64,000 nt of DNA from a bacterium (GTDB lineage: Bacteria > Patescibacteriota > UBA1384 > CAILIB01). Made by a program: the position numbers and the translations under genes. Shown here piece after piece: positions 54,025-62,642 of this stretch. Numbering within the stretch: the first letter of the stretch is position 1; each line of letters opens with the position of its first letter. The notes under the pieces are model-generated. The model was given only the letters and a program-made list of their open reading frames with translations. It made no database searches and was not told the DNA's origin. Where the stretch lies: positions 458,263 through 522,262 of the forward strand of contig JBAXRQ010000001.1 of assembly GCA_037131105.1 (NCBI GenBank), in the 5' to 3' direction.

Positions 54025-56439
54025 TTATTGTACGACCAATGATACTAATCGACCTGGGACGATGATCTGCTTGGCGACTTCCTTGCCGGCCAGGTGTTCC
54101 TGGACCTTGGCATCTGCCATGACCAGCTTCATGAGCTCCTCGTCCGAAGTGTCAGCAGGTACGGTCAGTCGAGAGCGCAGCTTTCCATTGATCTGGACAG
54201 GGTAGACTACCTCATCTTCCACGAGGAAATTTTCATCATATGAAGGCCACTCCGCCAGGCTGCAGAGGCCCTTCTCACCCTGCTGAGAGTAAAGCTCCTC
54301 GGTGATATGCGGGGCGAAGGGATTTAGGAGAATAAGTAGGCGGATATACCCGTCCTTGGAGATGGTTTCCAGCTCGGATAAGCTGTTAAGAGCCTCCATC
54401 ATACTGGCTACCGCTGTATTGAACCTGAAACCTTCAATGTCCCCGGTCACCTTCTTGGTCAACTTATGTAGAATGCGGTTCTCGGCGTCGGAAGGAGTCT
54501 CACTGTTGACCTTGGCAGAGAGTCCCCAGATCCGTTCCAGAAACCTACGTACTCCGACAATACCCTTGGTACTCCAGGGCTTCTCAGTGCCGAATGGCCC
54601 CATGAACATCTCATAGGCCCGTAGGGTATCGGCGCCGTACTCGGCTACTACGACGTCGGGATTGATGACGTTGCCCTTGGACTTGGACATCTTGTTGTGG
54701 TCGGGACCCAATATCATGCCCTGGTTCTTCAATGTGGCGAAGGGCTCGCTGAAGGAAAGCAGGCCGGCGTCGAAGAGCACTTTGGTGAAGAAGCGGGCGT
54801 AGAGCAGGTGCATCACGGCATGCTCAGCGCCGCCTACGTACATGTCTACCGGAAGCCATTCCTGTACCAACTCCGAATCAAAGGCCTTGTCAGAGAGACC
54901 GGGCGTTGGAAAACGCAGGAAGTACCAGCTTGAGCAGACGAATCCGTCCAGAGTATCGGTCTCGCGCTGCCATTCCTGACCAGTTTCAGGATCGGTGTAA
55001 CGCTTCCAATCGATGGCCAAGGTAAGAGGTGACTGGCCGGTAGGCAGGAACTGGGCGTCATCAGGAAGTTCAACGGGAAGCTGGTTTTCAGGTATCAGAT
55101 GCTCGCCGCCGTCCTTGTCATAGGCGATGGGAATGGGAGCGCCCCAAAAGCGTTGGCGGGAGACCAGCCAGTCACGCAGACGGAAGGTAACCTTCTTTCG
55201 GGCCAATCCCTTTTCGGCCAGCCACTCTATGATCCGGGGACGTGCTTCCTCCGAAGTAAGGCCGTCAAACTGCTGTGAGTCAAATAGTATGCCCTGGCCG
55301 CTAAAGCAGCATTCCAAGGAGCGGATAGCCTCAGCATCTTTTCCGTCGGAGGGAAGCAAAGTGGCCTTCAGGGGGATGCCCATTCGCTTTGCCAGGGTGA
55401 AGTCACGTTCGTCATGGGCGTCGGCAAAGACAGCGCCGCTGCCATAGTGGCCGAGCACGAAGTCGGCAATCCAGACCGGAATGGCCTCTCCGGTCGCCGG
55501 GTTGGTGGCGTAGGATCCGGTAAACACGCCGGTGATGTCCTTGGCCAGGTCAGTGCGCTCGAGATCGTTCTTGAGAGTTACCGCTTCCAAGTAGGAAGCG
55601 ACGTCATTTTTCTGCCCAGAGGTGGTAAGACTCTCCACCAAGGGATGTTCGGGAGCGATGATAAGGAAGGTCCCACCGAAGAGCGTGTCTATGCGGGTAG
55701 TGAAGACGGTGATGGCCTCAGTATGGCCTACCAAGGGGAAGTCTACTTCAGCGCCTTCCGAGCGACCTATCCAGTTGCGCTGCATGGCCTTGATCTGCTC
55801 AGGCCAGTCCAGCGTGTCCAGATCGTCGATAAGCCTGTCGGCATAGTCGGTGATCTTGAAATACCACTGTTTCAGCTCTCGCTGCACCACCGTAGTGCCA
55901 CAGCGATCGCATTTGCCTCCCACGACTTGCTCATTGGCCAGCACAGTCTGGTCCTTGGGGCACCAGTTGACTAGTCCATTTTTACGGTAAGCCAAGCCAC
56001 GTTCGTACAGCAGCTCGAACAGCCACTGGGTCCAACGGTAATAGGCAGGATCAGATGAGTTCAGCTCCTTGTTCCAGTCATAGCTGATGCCTGTCTGGCT
56101 GAACTGGCGTTTGAACTCTAAGATGTTCTTGGCAGTAGAAAGAGCCGGATGGACACCGCTCTTTATAGCGAAGTTCTCAGCTGGCAGGCCGAACGCGTCC
56201 CAACCCATAGGATGCAGCACCTTCTTGCCCTGCATACGGGCGGCCCGGGCCACCACGTCGGTAGCGGTATAGGGAAGCATGTGGCCCACGTGAAGGCCGG
56301 CACCTGAAGGATAGGGGAAGAAGTCGAGTATGTAGAGCTTCTTGTCGCCCTTCTTAAGGAGGGGCGTCTCAAAGGCGTTCTCGTCATTCCAACGCTTCTG
56401 CCACTTCGGCTCTATCTCCAAATGGTTGTATGCTGCCAC
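54025..56439 (-). CDS. leuS: Leucine--tRNA ligase.
   Basis: 804 aa. HMGH, KMSKS and the CP1 editing domain. Confidence 0.97.
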   Translation of the reverse strand: MAAYNHLEIEPKWQKRWNDENAFETPLLKKGDKKLYILDFFPYPSGAGLHVGHMLPYTATDVVARAARMQGKKVLHPMGWDAFGLPAENFAIKSGVHPALSTAKNILEFKRQFSQTGISYDWNKELNSSDPAYYRWTQWLFELLYERGLAYRKNGLVNWCPKDQTVLANEQVVGGKCDRCGTTVVQRELKQWYFKITDYADRLIDDLDTLDWPEQIKAMQRNWIGRSEGAEVDFPLVGHTEAITVFTTRIDTLFGGTFLIIAPEHPLVESLTTSGQKNDVASYLEAVTLKNDLERTDLAKDITGVFTGSYATNPATGEAIPVWIADFVLGHYGSGAVFADAHDERDFTLAKRMGIPLKATLLPSDGKDAEAIRSLECCFSGQGILFDSQQFDGLTSEEARPRIIEWLAEKGLARKKVTFRLRDWLVSRQRFWGAPIPIAYDKDGGEHLIPENQLPVELPDDAQFLPTGQSPLTLAIDWKRYTDPETGQEWQRETDTLDGFVCSSWYFLRFPTPGLSDKAFDSELVQEWLPVDMYVGGAEHAVMHLLYARFFTKVLFDAGLLSFSEPFATLKNQGMILGPDHNKMSKSKGNVINPDVVVAEYGADTLRAYEMFMGPFGTEKPWSTKGIVGVRRFLERIWGLSAKVNSETPSDAENRILHKLTKKVTGDIEGFRFNTAVASMMEALNSLSELETISKDGYIRLLILLNPFAPHITEELYSQQGEKGLCSLAEWPSYDENFLVEDEVVYPVQINGKLRSRLTVPADTSDEELMKLVMADAKVQEHLAGKEVAKQIIVPGRLVSLVVQ

Positions 56440-56557
56440 ATCAATTCGTTAGGGTTTGCTGCCAGTATAGCAGAAAATTACTCTGTCGGGAGTAGGGAGA
56501 TTGACAGTGGGCCGCTGACTTTTGCATACTGTCTCTGTTCACTAGCTAATCCTCATT

Positions 56558-56956
56558 ATGCGCCAGCCCGCCCTTCGCAAGCTCGACCTCCAGATCCTCT
56601 CTTTGCTCAGCGAGAAGCCCGGACATGGCTACGCACTGCTTCACCGGCATCACCTGACGGATTCCGAAGTCACTTCTTCCCAGATGTACTATGTCCTCCG
56701 CAAGCTGGAAGGACTAGGACTCACCCAGGTAAAGTGTGAGGCCTCCTACAAGGCGCCCGATAAGTCGGTGCATCTGCTTTCCGCCAAAGGTCGAAGGTTC
56801 CTTGAAAGGGACGTTGTCATGCGGATCAAGACGCTTCGTCAGAAGTCGGTCCAGCTCTTTGAGTTATATAAGGAAAACCAGGAGCAGCTGGCAGCAAGTG
56901 ACCGCCTTATGCGTCATCATGCATCCGGTATCCTATCCCGTAGATTGTCTCGATAA
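56558..56956 (+). CDS. PadR-family transcriptional regulator.
   Basis: 132 aa. Winged-helix signature L.ILSLL...GHGYAL......YYVLRKLEGLGL. Confidence 0.7.
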   Translation: MRQPALRKLDLQILSLLSEKPGHGYALLHRHHLTDSEVTSSQMYYVLRKLEGLGLTQVKCEASYKAPDKSVHLLSAKGRRFLERDVVMRIKTLRQKSVQLFELYKENQEQLAASDRLMRHHASGILSRRLSR

Positions 56957-57575
56957 GCTTGCCTCCCGCCGGAGGCAGCTTTCGGCGCAGGCGGTTCATA
57001 TGTACGTCGACCGGGTTGCCCAGGGGGTAGTCTTCGTATCCGCGGATCTCCTCCCAGATCTGCATGCGCGAAAGCACGATGCCACGTCGTCGTATGAGCA
57101 GCCAGAGCAGGTCGAACTCAGACCGGGTCAGTCGTAAGCTCTTCTCTAGGCAGACCGCACTCCGTCTCATGGCGTCGATACGGAAGCTTCTGGTGGTGTG
57201 TGAAGAATCAGGATCCGGCCCAGAACGGTATTCCCGCTGGATGATGCGGTTGGCTAGCTCGGTGAACGAGCACGGCTCTATGAGGCATTCGTCCAACCCA
57301 AGCTCCAAAAGGCGGGCTCGTTGCAGTCCTGACTGGGCCTGAGTAAGTGCCACCATATAGCCGGTGCCTCCCTTTGACTTCCATTCGCGGTAGAAGTGGG
57401 CAGCATCCTCAGGCGAATGCCCGCGCAGCAGTATGGCGGCGTACCTATCGGTCATGGCCAGGTAGAGCGTGCGTTCGGCGGTGTAGGCGAGCTCCGATCG
57501 CAGCCCGCACTGGGAGATGATGCGTTCCAGCGGCTTGCCGGCCTCTGGAGTGGGGGAGTAGATTAGCGTCTTCAT
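56907..57575 (-). CDS. OmpR/PhoB-family winged-helix regulator with a degenerate (pseudo-) receiver domain.
   Basis: 222 aa. C-terminal trans_reg_C motifs LTRSEFDLLWLL, VDVHMNRLRRKL and GIGYR. In the N-terminal receiver-like region the phospho-acceptor position reads AILL rather than D-(L/V)-(I/V)-L-(L/M)-D, and the acidic pocket is missing. The 3' end overlaps the PadR gene convergently by 50 nt. Confidence 0.7.
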   Translation of the reverse strand: MKTLIYSPTPEAGKPLERIISQCGLRSELAYTAERTLYLAMTDRYAAILLRGHSPEDAAHFYREWKSKGGTGYMVALTQAQSGLQRARLLELGLDECLIEPCSFTELANRIIQREYRSGPDPDSSHTTRSFRIDAMRRSAVCLEKSLRLTRSEFDLLWLLIRRRGIVLSRMQIWEEIRGYEDYPLGNPVDVHMNRLRRKLPPAGGKLIETIYGIGYRMHDDA

Positions 57576-57707
57576 GGCGACAGGTTACGAGATATTGGCT
57601 TAACAATAGTGAAGGAATATTAACTCTCAATTAACTTTTGCTTCCTAGGGTTCGGAGGTGGTCATAATGATTTACCAGAAAAGCATTTTGTGATAGGATT
57701 CGGCCAC

Positions 57708-57723
57708 TAGCCTCCTTTAGGGG
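57708..57723 (+). promoter_or_regulatory. Inverted repeat CCTCCtttagGGGAGG in the divergent promoter region upstream of the PlsY-fusion gene. Nearby is the A/T-rich element TATTAACTCTCAATTAAC at 57619-57636.
   Basis: Read directly. Candidate operator for the adjacent PadR or OmpR-like regulators. Confidence 0.3.
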
Positions 57724-57749
57724 AGGTTGAACCTTGCACAATTCGGAAC

Positions 57750-59432
57750 GTGTTCGATGTGCGAAAAAGTGAGAAGATCGTGAATATAGTTGGATTGTAT
57801 GCCGTACTGGCAGGAGTAGTGCTGGGGTCAATTCCTTTCGGAATCATCTTTACTAAGATGCGGGGAGGGACCGACCTGCACAAGAAGGGCTCGGGTAACA
57901 TCGGGGCCACTAACGCCTTTAGATCAGATCCACTGGCCGGGGTACTTACCCTACTTGGGGACTGTCTGAAAGGCTTTGTGCCCTGCTATGTCCTGCATCG
58001 CCAAGGTCTTGATCAGTACGCCTACCTGGCAGCAGCTGGGATAGTCTTCGGAGCCAACTGGTCAATATTTCTGCTCTGCAAGAAAGGTGGGAAAGGCATC
58101 GCCGCCCTTATGGGGGTCGGCCTCGCTCTTCAGCCACTTCTTGCACTGGTAAGCTTCGGGGTGTTTTTATTCCTGGTGCGTATCAGTAAGTATGTTTCAG
58201 TCGGCTCCATCGGTGCTATGGTTGTGGTGACCTGCTGGGGCATATTCCTTCTAGGGGGACACCATAACCCGCAGGGATGGCTCTTACTAGTCGCAGGACC
58301 CCTGGCCATCTGGAAGCATCGTGAGAACATCGACAGACTAACCCACGGTTGTGAGAAGAAGTTTTCCCTTAAGAAGCAGCCGGCGCCGGCTGGACATTGC
58401 CACAGGGTGGCCGGATTCATTATCCATGCCACCACTGATGATCCGGATAAGCTAAAGGAGAAGGCACTGGAGCTGGTCAACGGGAAGCGAAAGGCAGAAT
58501 GGTTAGTCAGGCGCATGCCCGGCTGGCTGATACGATCCTTGTTACCCTTCATTCCGCCCCGGGTAACTGGAAACACCCAGTCGTGGGTAACCATTGCAGA
58601 CGGCAGCAGCATTGAGATGATCTTCGTGTCAGTATATATGACTCCGAAGCAGATGATGCGTTGGCAGGGGCTGGCGGTAAGGAAGATAGTCAAGGCTGCC
58701 TTCATGCTTGAACGCAGGGGTGCCAGCCATATCGGACTGGGAGCCTATACCTCCATTGTTGGTAAGAGGTGGGATATGGGCGCCGGCGACGCGGTGCTGG
58801 TGCGGTTCAGAGAGTTCGGTGGTACGGCGATGATCACCACGGGCAATGCCCTGACGGTCTTTACCGGCATCCATGCCCTAAAGGTTCTTGCTGCTCAGCA
58901 AAGAAAGGACCTTAAGGACTGCAGGGTGGCGTTCGTGGGTCACCGTGGCAACATTGGCACAGTGGGAACCAGGATACTGTGCACCATGGTGCCTGAGGAG
59001 AATCTCATCCTGATAGGAAGAGAGGATTCACAGGAGAGACTGCTCGAAGCCGATTTCATCATCGTCGCCACCAGCAGTGAAGTGCCTCTCGACGAACGCT
59101 ACGTAAAGAAGGGAGCCTGCATCGTCGACCTTTCACGTCCTCGGCAGACCGAGAAGATGGAAGGGTGCACGGTGGTGGAGGGTGGCGTCATTACGGGTGC
59201 AGAAGGTACCTATATCGCCATTCCCCATAACCTGGATACAAATGAAATGCATGCCTGTACGGCTGAGACAGCGCTTGAGTGTGTGATGGGAAGCAAGGAA
59301 AGCCACGTGGGACCGATCGACCCGAACTACGCCATGAGGATAGGTCGGGCCATGGGCACACAGGGTTTGAGTATCAGTCGTCTTCGAGGCGCCGATGACG
59401 GGGCCTACCAAGGAGGTGAGAACAGTGGATAG
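57750..59432 (+). CDS. plsY: Fusion protein: glycerol-3-phosphate acyltransferase PlsY (about residues 1-205) joined to a C-terminal domain of about 350 aa resembling the cyanobacterial acyl-ACP reductase (AAR) family.
   Basis: PlsY motifs GSGNIGATN, DCLKG, KGGKGIAA and HRENIDRL. Compared from memory with S. elongatus AAR, the C-terminal domain matches along its length: GFIIHATT vs GLIGHLTS; LGAYTSIV vs LGGFTSII; ITTGNALT vs FTTGNTHT; Rossmann VAFVGHRGNIGT vs VAVVGATGDIGS; EADFIIVATS vs EADFIVWVAS; EMHACTAETALECVMG vs QMFACFAEAMLLEFEG. GTG start. The true start may be the GTG at 57780. Confidence 0.7.
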   Translation: MFDVRKSEKIVNIVGLYAVLAGVVLGSIPFGIIFTKMRGGTDLHKKGSGNIGATNAFRSDPLAGVLTLLGDCLKGFVPCYVLHRQGLDQYAYLAAAGIVFGANWSIFLLCKKGGKGIAALMGVGLALQPLLALVSFGVFLFLVRISKYVSVGSIGAMVVVTCWGIFLLGGHHNPQGWLLLVAGPLAIWKHRENIDRLTHGCEKKFSLKKQPAPAGHCHRVAGFIIHATTDDPDKLKEKALELVNGKRKAEWLVRRMPGWLIRSLLPFIPPRVTGNTQSWVTIADGSSIEMIFVSVYMTPKQMMRWQGLAVRKIVKAAFMLERRGASHIGLGAYTSIVGKRWDMGAGDAVLVRFREFGGTAMITTGNALTVFTGIHALKVLAAQQRKDLKDCRVAFVGHRGNIGTVGTRILCTMVPEENLILIGREDSQERLLEADFIIVATSSEVPLDERYVKKGACIVDLSRPRQTEKMEGCTVVEGGVITGAEGTYIAIPHNLDTNEMHACTAETALECVMGSKESHVGPIDPNYAMRIGRAMGTQGLSISRLRGADDGAYQGGENSG

Positions 59433-60450
59433 ACGTGATAGAAGGGTCCTAGTCATAGGAAAGAACTTTGGGGGAGCTATCGCTACTCTTCTCGTGAAGA
59501 ATGGCGTCGATGTCACCCTGCCCTATAGACCAGGGGGAAAGCTTCGTCCTGTCGACGATGTGCTGGCGCGAAACCTGCATACGCCGACCCTTGAAGACTT
59601 TTTTGCTACTGAGCACCGTCGGTTTGACTTCTGTGTCATTGCAACGCCGATGGCAGATCTAGTCGGTGTCGCAGAGAAGCTCAAGAAGACGAATGTGGAA
59701 ATAGGGACGTTTGTCCTGGTCCAAAAGGCTATGGACGAGGCGATGCGCGGTCCTTATGCCGTGGCGAGCGAGGTACTACCTGGTGCTGAGATCATACTCT
59801 GTACGGGCGCCGCCTTTGCTGGTGACCTGGCAAACGGCTGCTATACCCGCATGCTACTGACGCATAGGGAGGGCCACTGCAAGCCTGCAGAGGATTTTGC
59901 ACGCCTATTTGCCGGAGGCCATATCCAATGGCACTACTATGACAACTTCGAGGTGGTGACCGTTTGCAATACAGTGAGGACGGTAACATCTTATCTGCTT
60001 GGGGCGGTCACCCAGTACTTAAGAGAAGTTGGTCTGGCCAATGAGACTACCTTGGCAAACGTCGTAGCCTCAATACAGGGCGAGGGCGTCGAGATAGTTC
60101 ATGCCTTGCTTCCTAAGCTTGATCCGACCTTCTTTCGTTCAAAGATCGGTTGGATTATGCTTGCAGACATGGGTTTGTGTCAGAGCTCTACTAGCCGGAA
60201 CCGTGCAGCGGGTGAAGATGACGTGATGAGACACTTCCATGGGAGTCGTGCCGGTAGGGACCTGGGTGTCGTGGAGGCCCTCGCAAATACGGGCGTGGTA
60301 GCTCAAGGCCTGGAAAGGCGTCCCGGTGACTGGATGGAACAGTTTCCCTATACAGCATCCGGCTATTTGTTCCGGATAGGTACTTATAGCATCGAGGATG
60401 CTGCCAGGAAGATCTTCAAAAGGATTCAAGGTGATGACTATGGGTCATGA
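59395..60450 (+). CDS. Highly divergent NAD(P)H-dependent glycerol-3-phosphate dehydrogenase (GpsA) homologue.
   Basis: Compared from memory with E. coli GpsA, similarity runs along the length: VLVIGKNFGGAIATLLVKNG vs VIGAGSYGTALAITLARNG; DPTFF...ADMGLCQSSTSRNR vs [26 protein letters not shown]. The GxGxxG motif is altered to GKNFGG, and the GGAVKNV catalytic Lys region reads CNTVRTV. The probable start is the GTG at 59425, preceded by AAGGAGG, which overlaps the upstream gene by 8 nt. Confidence 0.55.
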   Translation: MTGPTKEVRTVDRRDRRVLVIGKNFGGAIATLLVKNGVDVTLPYRPGGKLRPVDDVLARNLHTPTLEDFFATEHRRFDFCVIATPMADLVGVAEKLKKTNVEIGTFVLVQKAMDEAMRGPYAVASEVLPGAEIILCTGAAFAGDLANGCYTRMLLTHREGHCKPAEDFARLFAGGHIQWHYYDNFEVVTVCNTVRTVTSYLLGAVTQYLREVGLANETTLANVVASIQGEGVEIVHALLPKLDPTFFRSKIGWIMLADMGLCQSSTSRNRAAGEDDVMRHFHGSRAGRDLGVVEALANTGVVAQGLERRPGDWMEQFPYTASGYLFRIGTYSIEDAARKIFKRIQGDDYGS

Positions 60451-60582
60451 AGATGTGAAAGAGAAAAGGGAGGTGATTACGCCCCCGGGTATATTCCCGG
60501 GGGCACACTTGTTTTACAGGGGTATACTCGCGTTGCTTGAAACCAGTTATACTATTATCGAACGCACCACTAATTCCTCCCT

Positions 60583-61374
60583 ATGAGCGATACCGATCAC
60601 CTTCATAAGCAGCTTGCCGAAAAGGATGCCGAGATAGCCGAACTTAAGGCTGAGGCCCAGGAGAACAAACGCCTGCGCGAACTGGACGAAATGAAGAGCA
60701 CCTTTGTCTCCACCGCCTCCCACCAGCTTCGTACCCCGCTTTCAGTCATCAAGTGGGTGCTGTCAGTACTGGAGTCAGATACCGAGATCAAGAAGAACCC
60801 CAGCAGCAGTCAGATGGTCAGTCAGGCCTCCCAAGGCGTGGATCGCATCGTGGACGTGGTAAACGACCTTCTGAATCTGACAAGAATCAAGGACGGCCGT
60901 CTTCCCTTCAATGCTGAGCCCACCGAACCCAGCGTGCTACTGGAACAGTCGGCCAAGGAGCGCGAGGCCCTGGCAGCCAGTCGGGAGATTGCTTACTCCT
61001 TCAAGATCGAGCCGAACATGCCCAAGTGCCAGCTTGACCCCATCCTGGTGAAAGAGGCCATGCGCAACCTGCTTAATAATGCCTTTGACTATAGTGGCGA
61101 AAAGGGGAAGGTCTCAGTCACCGCCGCGGTAAAGGATGACGACCTTACTATCGTTGTTACAAACACCGGGCCCGGCATCCTCAAGGAGGAGCATGAGAAG
61201 ATCTTTGAGCCGTTCTTCAGATCACCCAAGGCCCTGCAGCTGCATCCCGACGGCAGTGGACTAGGCTTATACCTTACCAAGGCTATCGTCACTGAGCACG
61301 GTGGCACTGTCAGCTTTACCAGCGAGCCGGATAAGGAGACTGTCTTTACGGTGAGTTTCCCCATGAAGAAATAG
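60583..61374 (+). CDS. Cytoplasmic histidine kinase with no sensor or TM domain.
   Basis: 263 aa. A short N-terminal coiled coil, the H-box STASHQLRTPL, and HATPase_c N, G1 and G2 boxes (NLLNNAFDYS, GSGLGLYL). Confidence 0.8.
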   Translation: MSDTDHLHKQLAEKDAEIAELKAEAQENKRLRELDEMKSTFVSTASHQLRTPLSVIKWVLSVLESDTEIKKNPSSSQMVSQASQGVDRIVDVVNDLLNLTRIKDGRLPFNAEPTEPSVLLEQSAKEREALAASREIAYSFKIEPNMPKCQLDPILVKEAMRNLLNNAFDYSGEKGKVSVTAAVKDDDLTIVVTNTGPGILKEEHEKIFEPFFRSPKALQLHPDGSGLGLYLTKAIVTEHGGTVSFTSEPDKETVFTVSFPMKK

Positions 61375-61387
61375 GTCCTGGGAAACG

Positions 61388-61421
61388 AAAAAGGCTCCCA
61401 CGCTTTCGCGGGAGCCTTTTT
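61388..61421. terminator. Bidirectional rho-independent terminator between convergent genes.
   Basis: AAAAAGGCTCCCACGCtttcGCGGGAGCCTTTTT, a stem flanked by an A-tract and a T-tract. Confidence 0.75.
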
Positions 61422-61434
61422 ACTGTTCACCGGC

Positions 61435-61977
61435 TTAGTACCAGTGTTTGTTCTGCCAGAACTTCCAAGCGTGTGCGGGGGTACCGTACCGATCGGAAAT
61501 ATAGTCCATCATCCAGGTAAGCTGACCCGTGACAGACTTGTCAGGGATCTTCGAACAAGGAAGGGCCTGGCCCAGTCCGCAGGCACCGGAAGACCGGTTG
61601 ACAGCGTTCGGGTTCCAGCCTGACTCATGCTGCACGATGGCAGAGAAAGCCTTAAACTGGCCTTGGCCGAACTTAGCGGCCACCATCTTCTCAGCGAACT
61701 GCGAGATGGTCTGGGGGGTGGAGTGGGCCTTCGGAGTGTTATCCACTACCACTGTGTTCAGGGTAATGGGATCTACCGAAAGCGGTTCCACCTGGTTGGT
61801 TACAAGTTGTAGGTCCGTCGATATAATCGACTGGCTAATCCGCTGAACAACCGGGGAGGTAGTCGATGCGGCTGCCTGGACGGTGGTCTTCGGTACTGCG
61901 GCAAGTATAATTGCCAACAGAACCGGAGTGGTTTTGTTCATGAGGCGGATAGTACCATATATGGACCAAAATGTCAA
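61435..61977 (-). CDS. Secreted lysozyme-like or transglycosylase-like domain protein.
   Basis: 180 aa. Signal peptide, then HESGWNPNAVNRSSGACGLGQ, similar to the ESGGNPNAVN.SSGA.GL.Q motif of lysozyme-like/Apf-type cell-wall hydrolases. Confidence 0.45.
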   Translation of the reverse strand: MTFWSIYGTIRLMNKTTPVLLAIILAAVPKTTVQAAASTTSPVVQRISQSIISTDLQLVTNQVEPLSVDPITLNTVVVDNTPKAHSTPQTISQFAEKMVAAKFGQGQFKAFSAIVQHESGWNPNAVNRSSGACGLGQALPCSKIPDKSVTGQLTWMMDYISDRYGTPAHAWKFWQNKHWY

Positions 61978-62081
61978 CCATTCAAGGCCTCAGGAGCTAA
62001 TAAATGTACTTCTCCTACTTCTCCTACTTGTCCTTGCTGGCTGTGCTGTGTATAGTTACTGAAAACACGTAACAGAGTCAT

Positions 62082-62489
62082 ATGCACAAGCAGTCCATAG
62101 TTCCGCTTCTGTACGGGTACATTGTCTGCCTGGTTTCGATTATTACTTTTTTGGTCGGCATCTCGATGGCAGGTAGAGCAATCCTTAGCTATCAGAATCC
62201 TCTGAGATCCTACTCCTGCTGCTCATCAGGCGATGTGACTTCCTTTGACACCTATAAGTCGACCTATCCGGTCCAGTATTCATCTACCGGTGTCGCCAAG
62301 ACAGCGCCCTCTGACGCTGATCTGCAGCGTCAGTATGAGCAGGCGCGCCAGGACCGTATCGACAATGGTAAATTCCAGGCATCCCAGGACGGGTTGAACG
62401 GGGCACTACTTATCCTGGCCGCTGTGCTTCTCTTCGGATTTCACTGGCGCTGGCTGGCCAAGCAGCAGAAGCTGCAGGTCACTGTCTAG
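62082..62489 (+). CDS. Small membrane protein (2 TM), unknown function.
   Basis: 135 aa with hydrophobic N- and C-termini. Confidence 0.4.
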   Translation: MHKQSIVPLLYGYIVCLVSIITFLVGISMAGRAILSYQNPLRSYSCCSSGDVTSFDTYKSTYPVQYSSTGVAKTAPSDADLQRQYEQARQDRIDNGKFQASQDGLNGALLILAAVLLFGFHWRWLAKQQKLQVTV

Positions 62490-62642
62490 ATTCCTGGCCC
62501 ACATAGGTATAAGCCCACTCAAACCTGGTAGACGCATGGCAATCTAGTGAGGATAAAACAGGTTATTGCAAAAAGTAACCCGGGTTAAAGATGAGTTGAC
62601 GGCTGCACCATCAGGGAGTACTCTTACGCCAGACTTGAAAGG

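Noticed and set aside
57750-59432. Possibility that the PlsY-AAR fusion is an assembly or frameshift artefact joining two genes.
   Set aside because: Not rejected outright. The reading frame is continuous with no stop or obvious homopolymer at the junction, and the linker region (KKFSLKKQPAPAGHCHRVAGF) reads as normal protein. I keep it as a genuine fusion but flag read-level verification.
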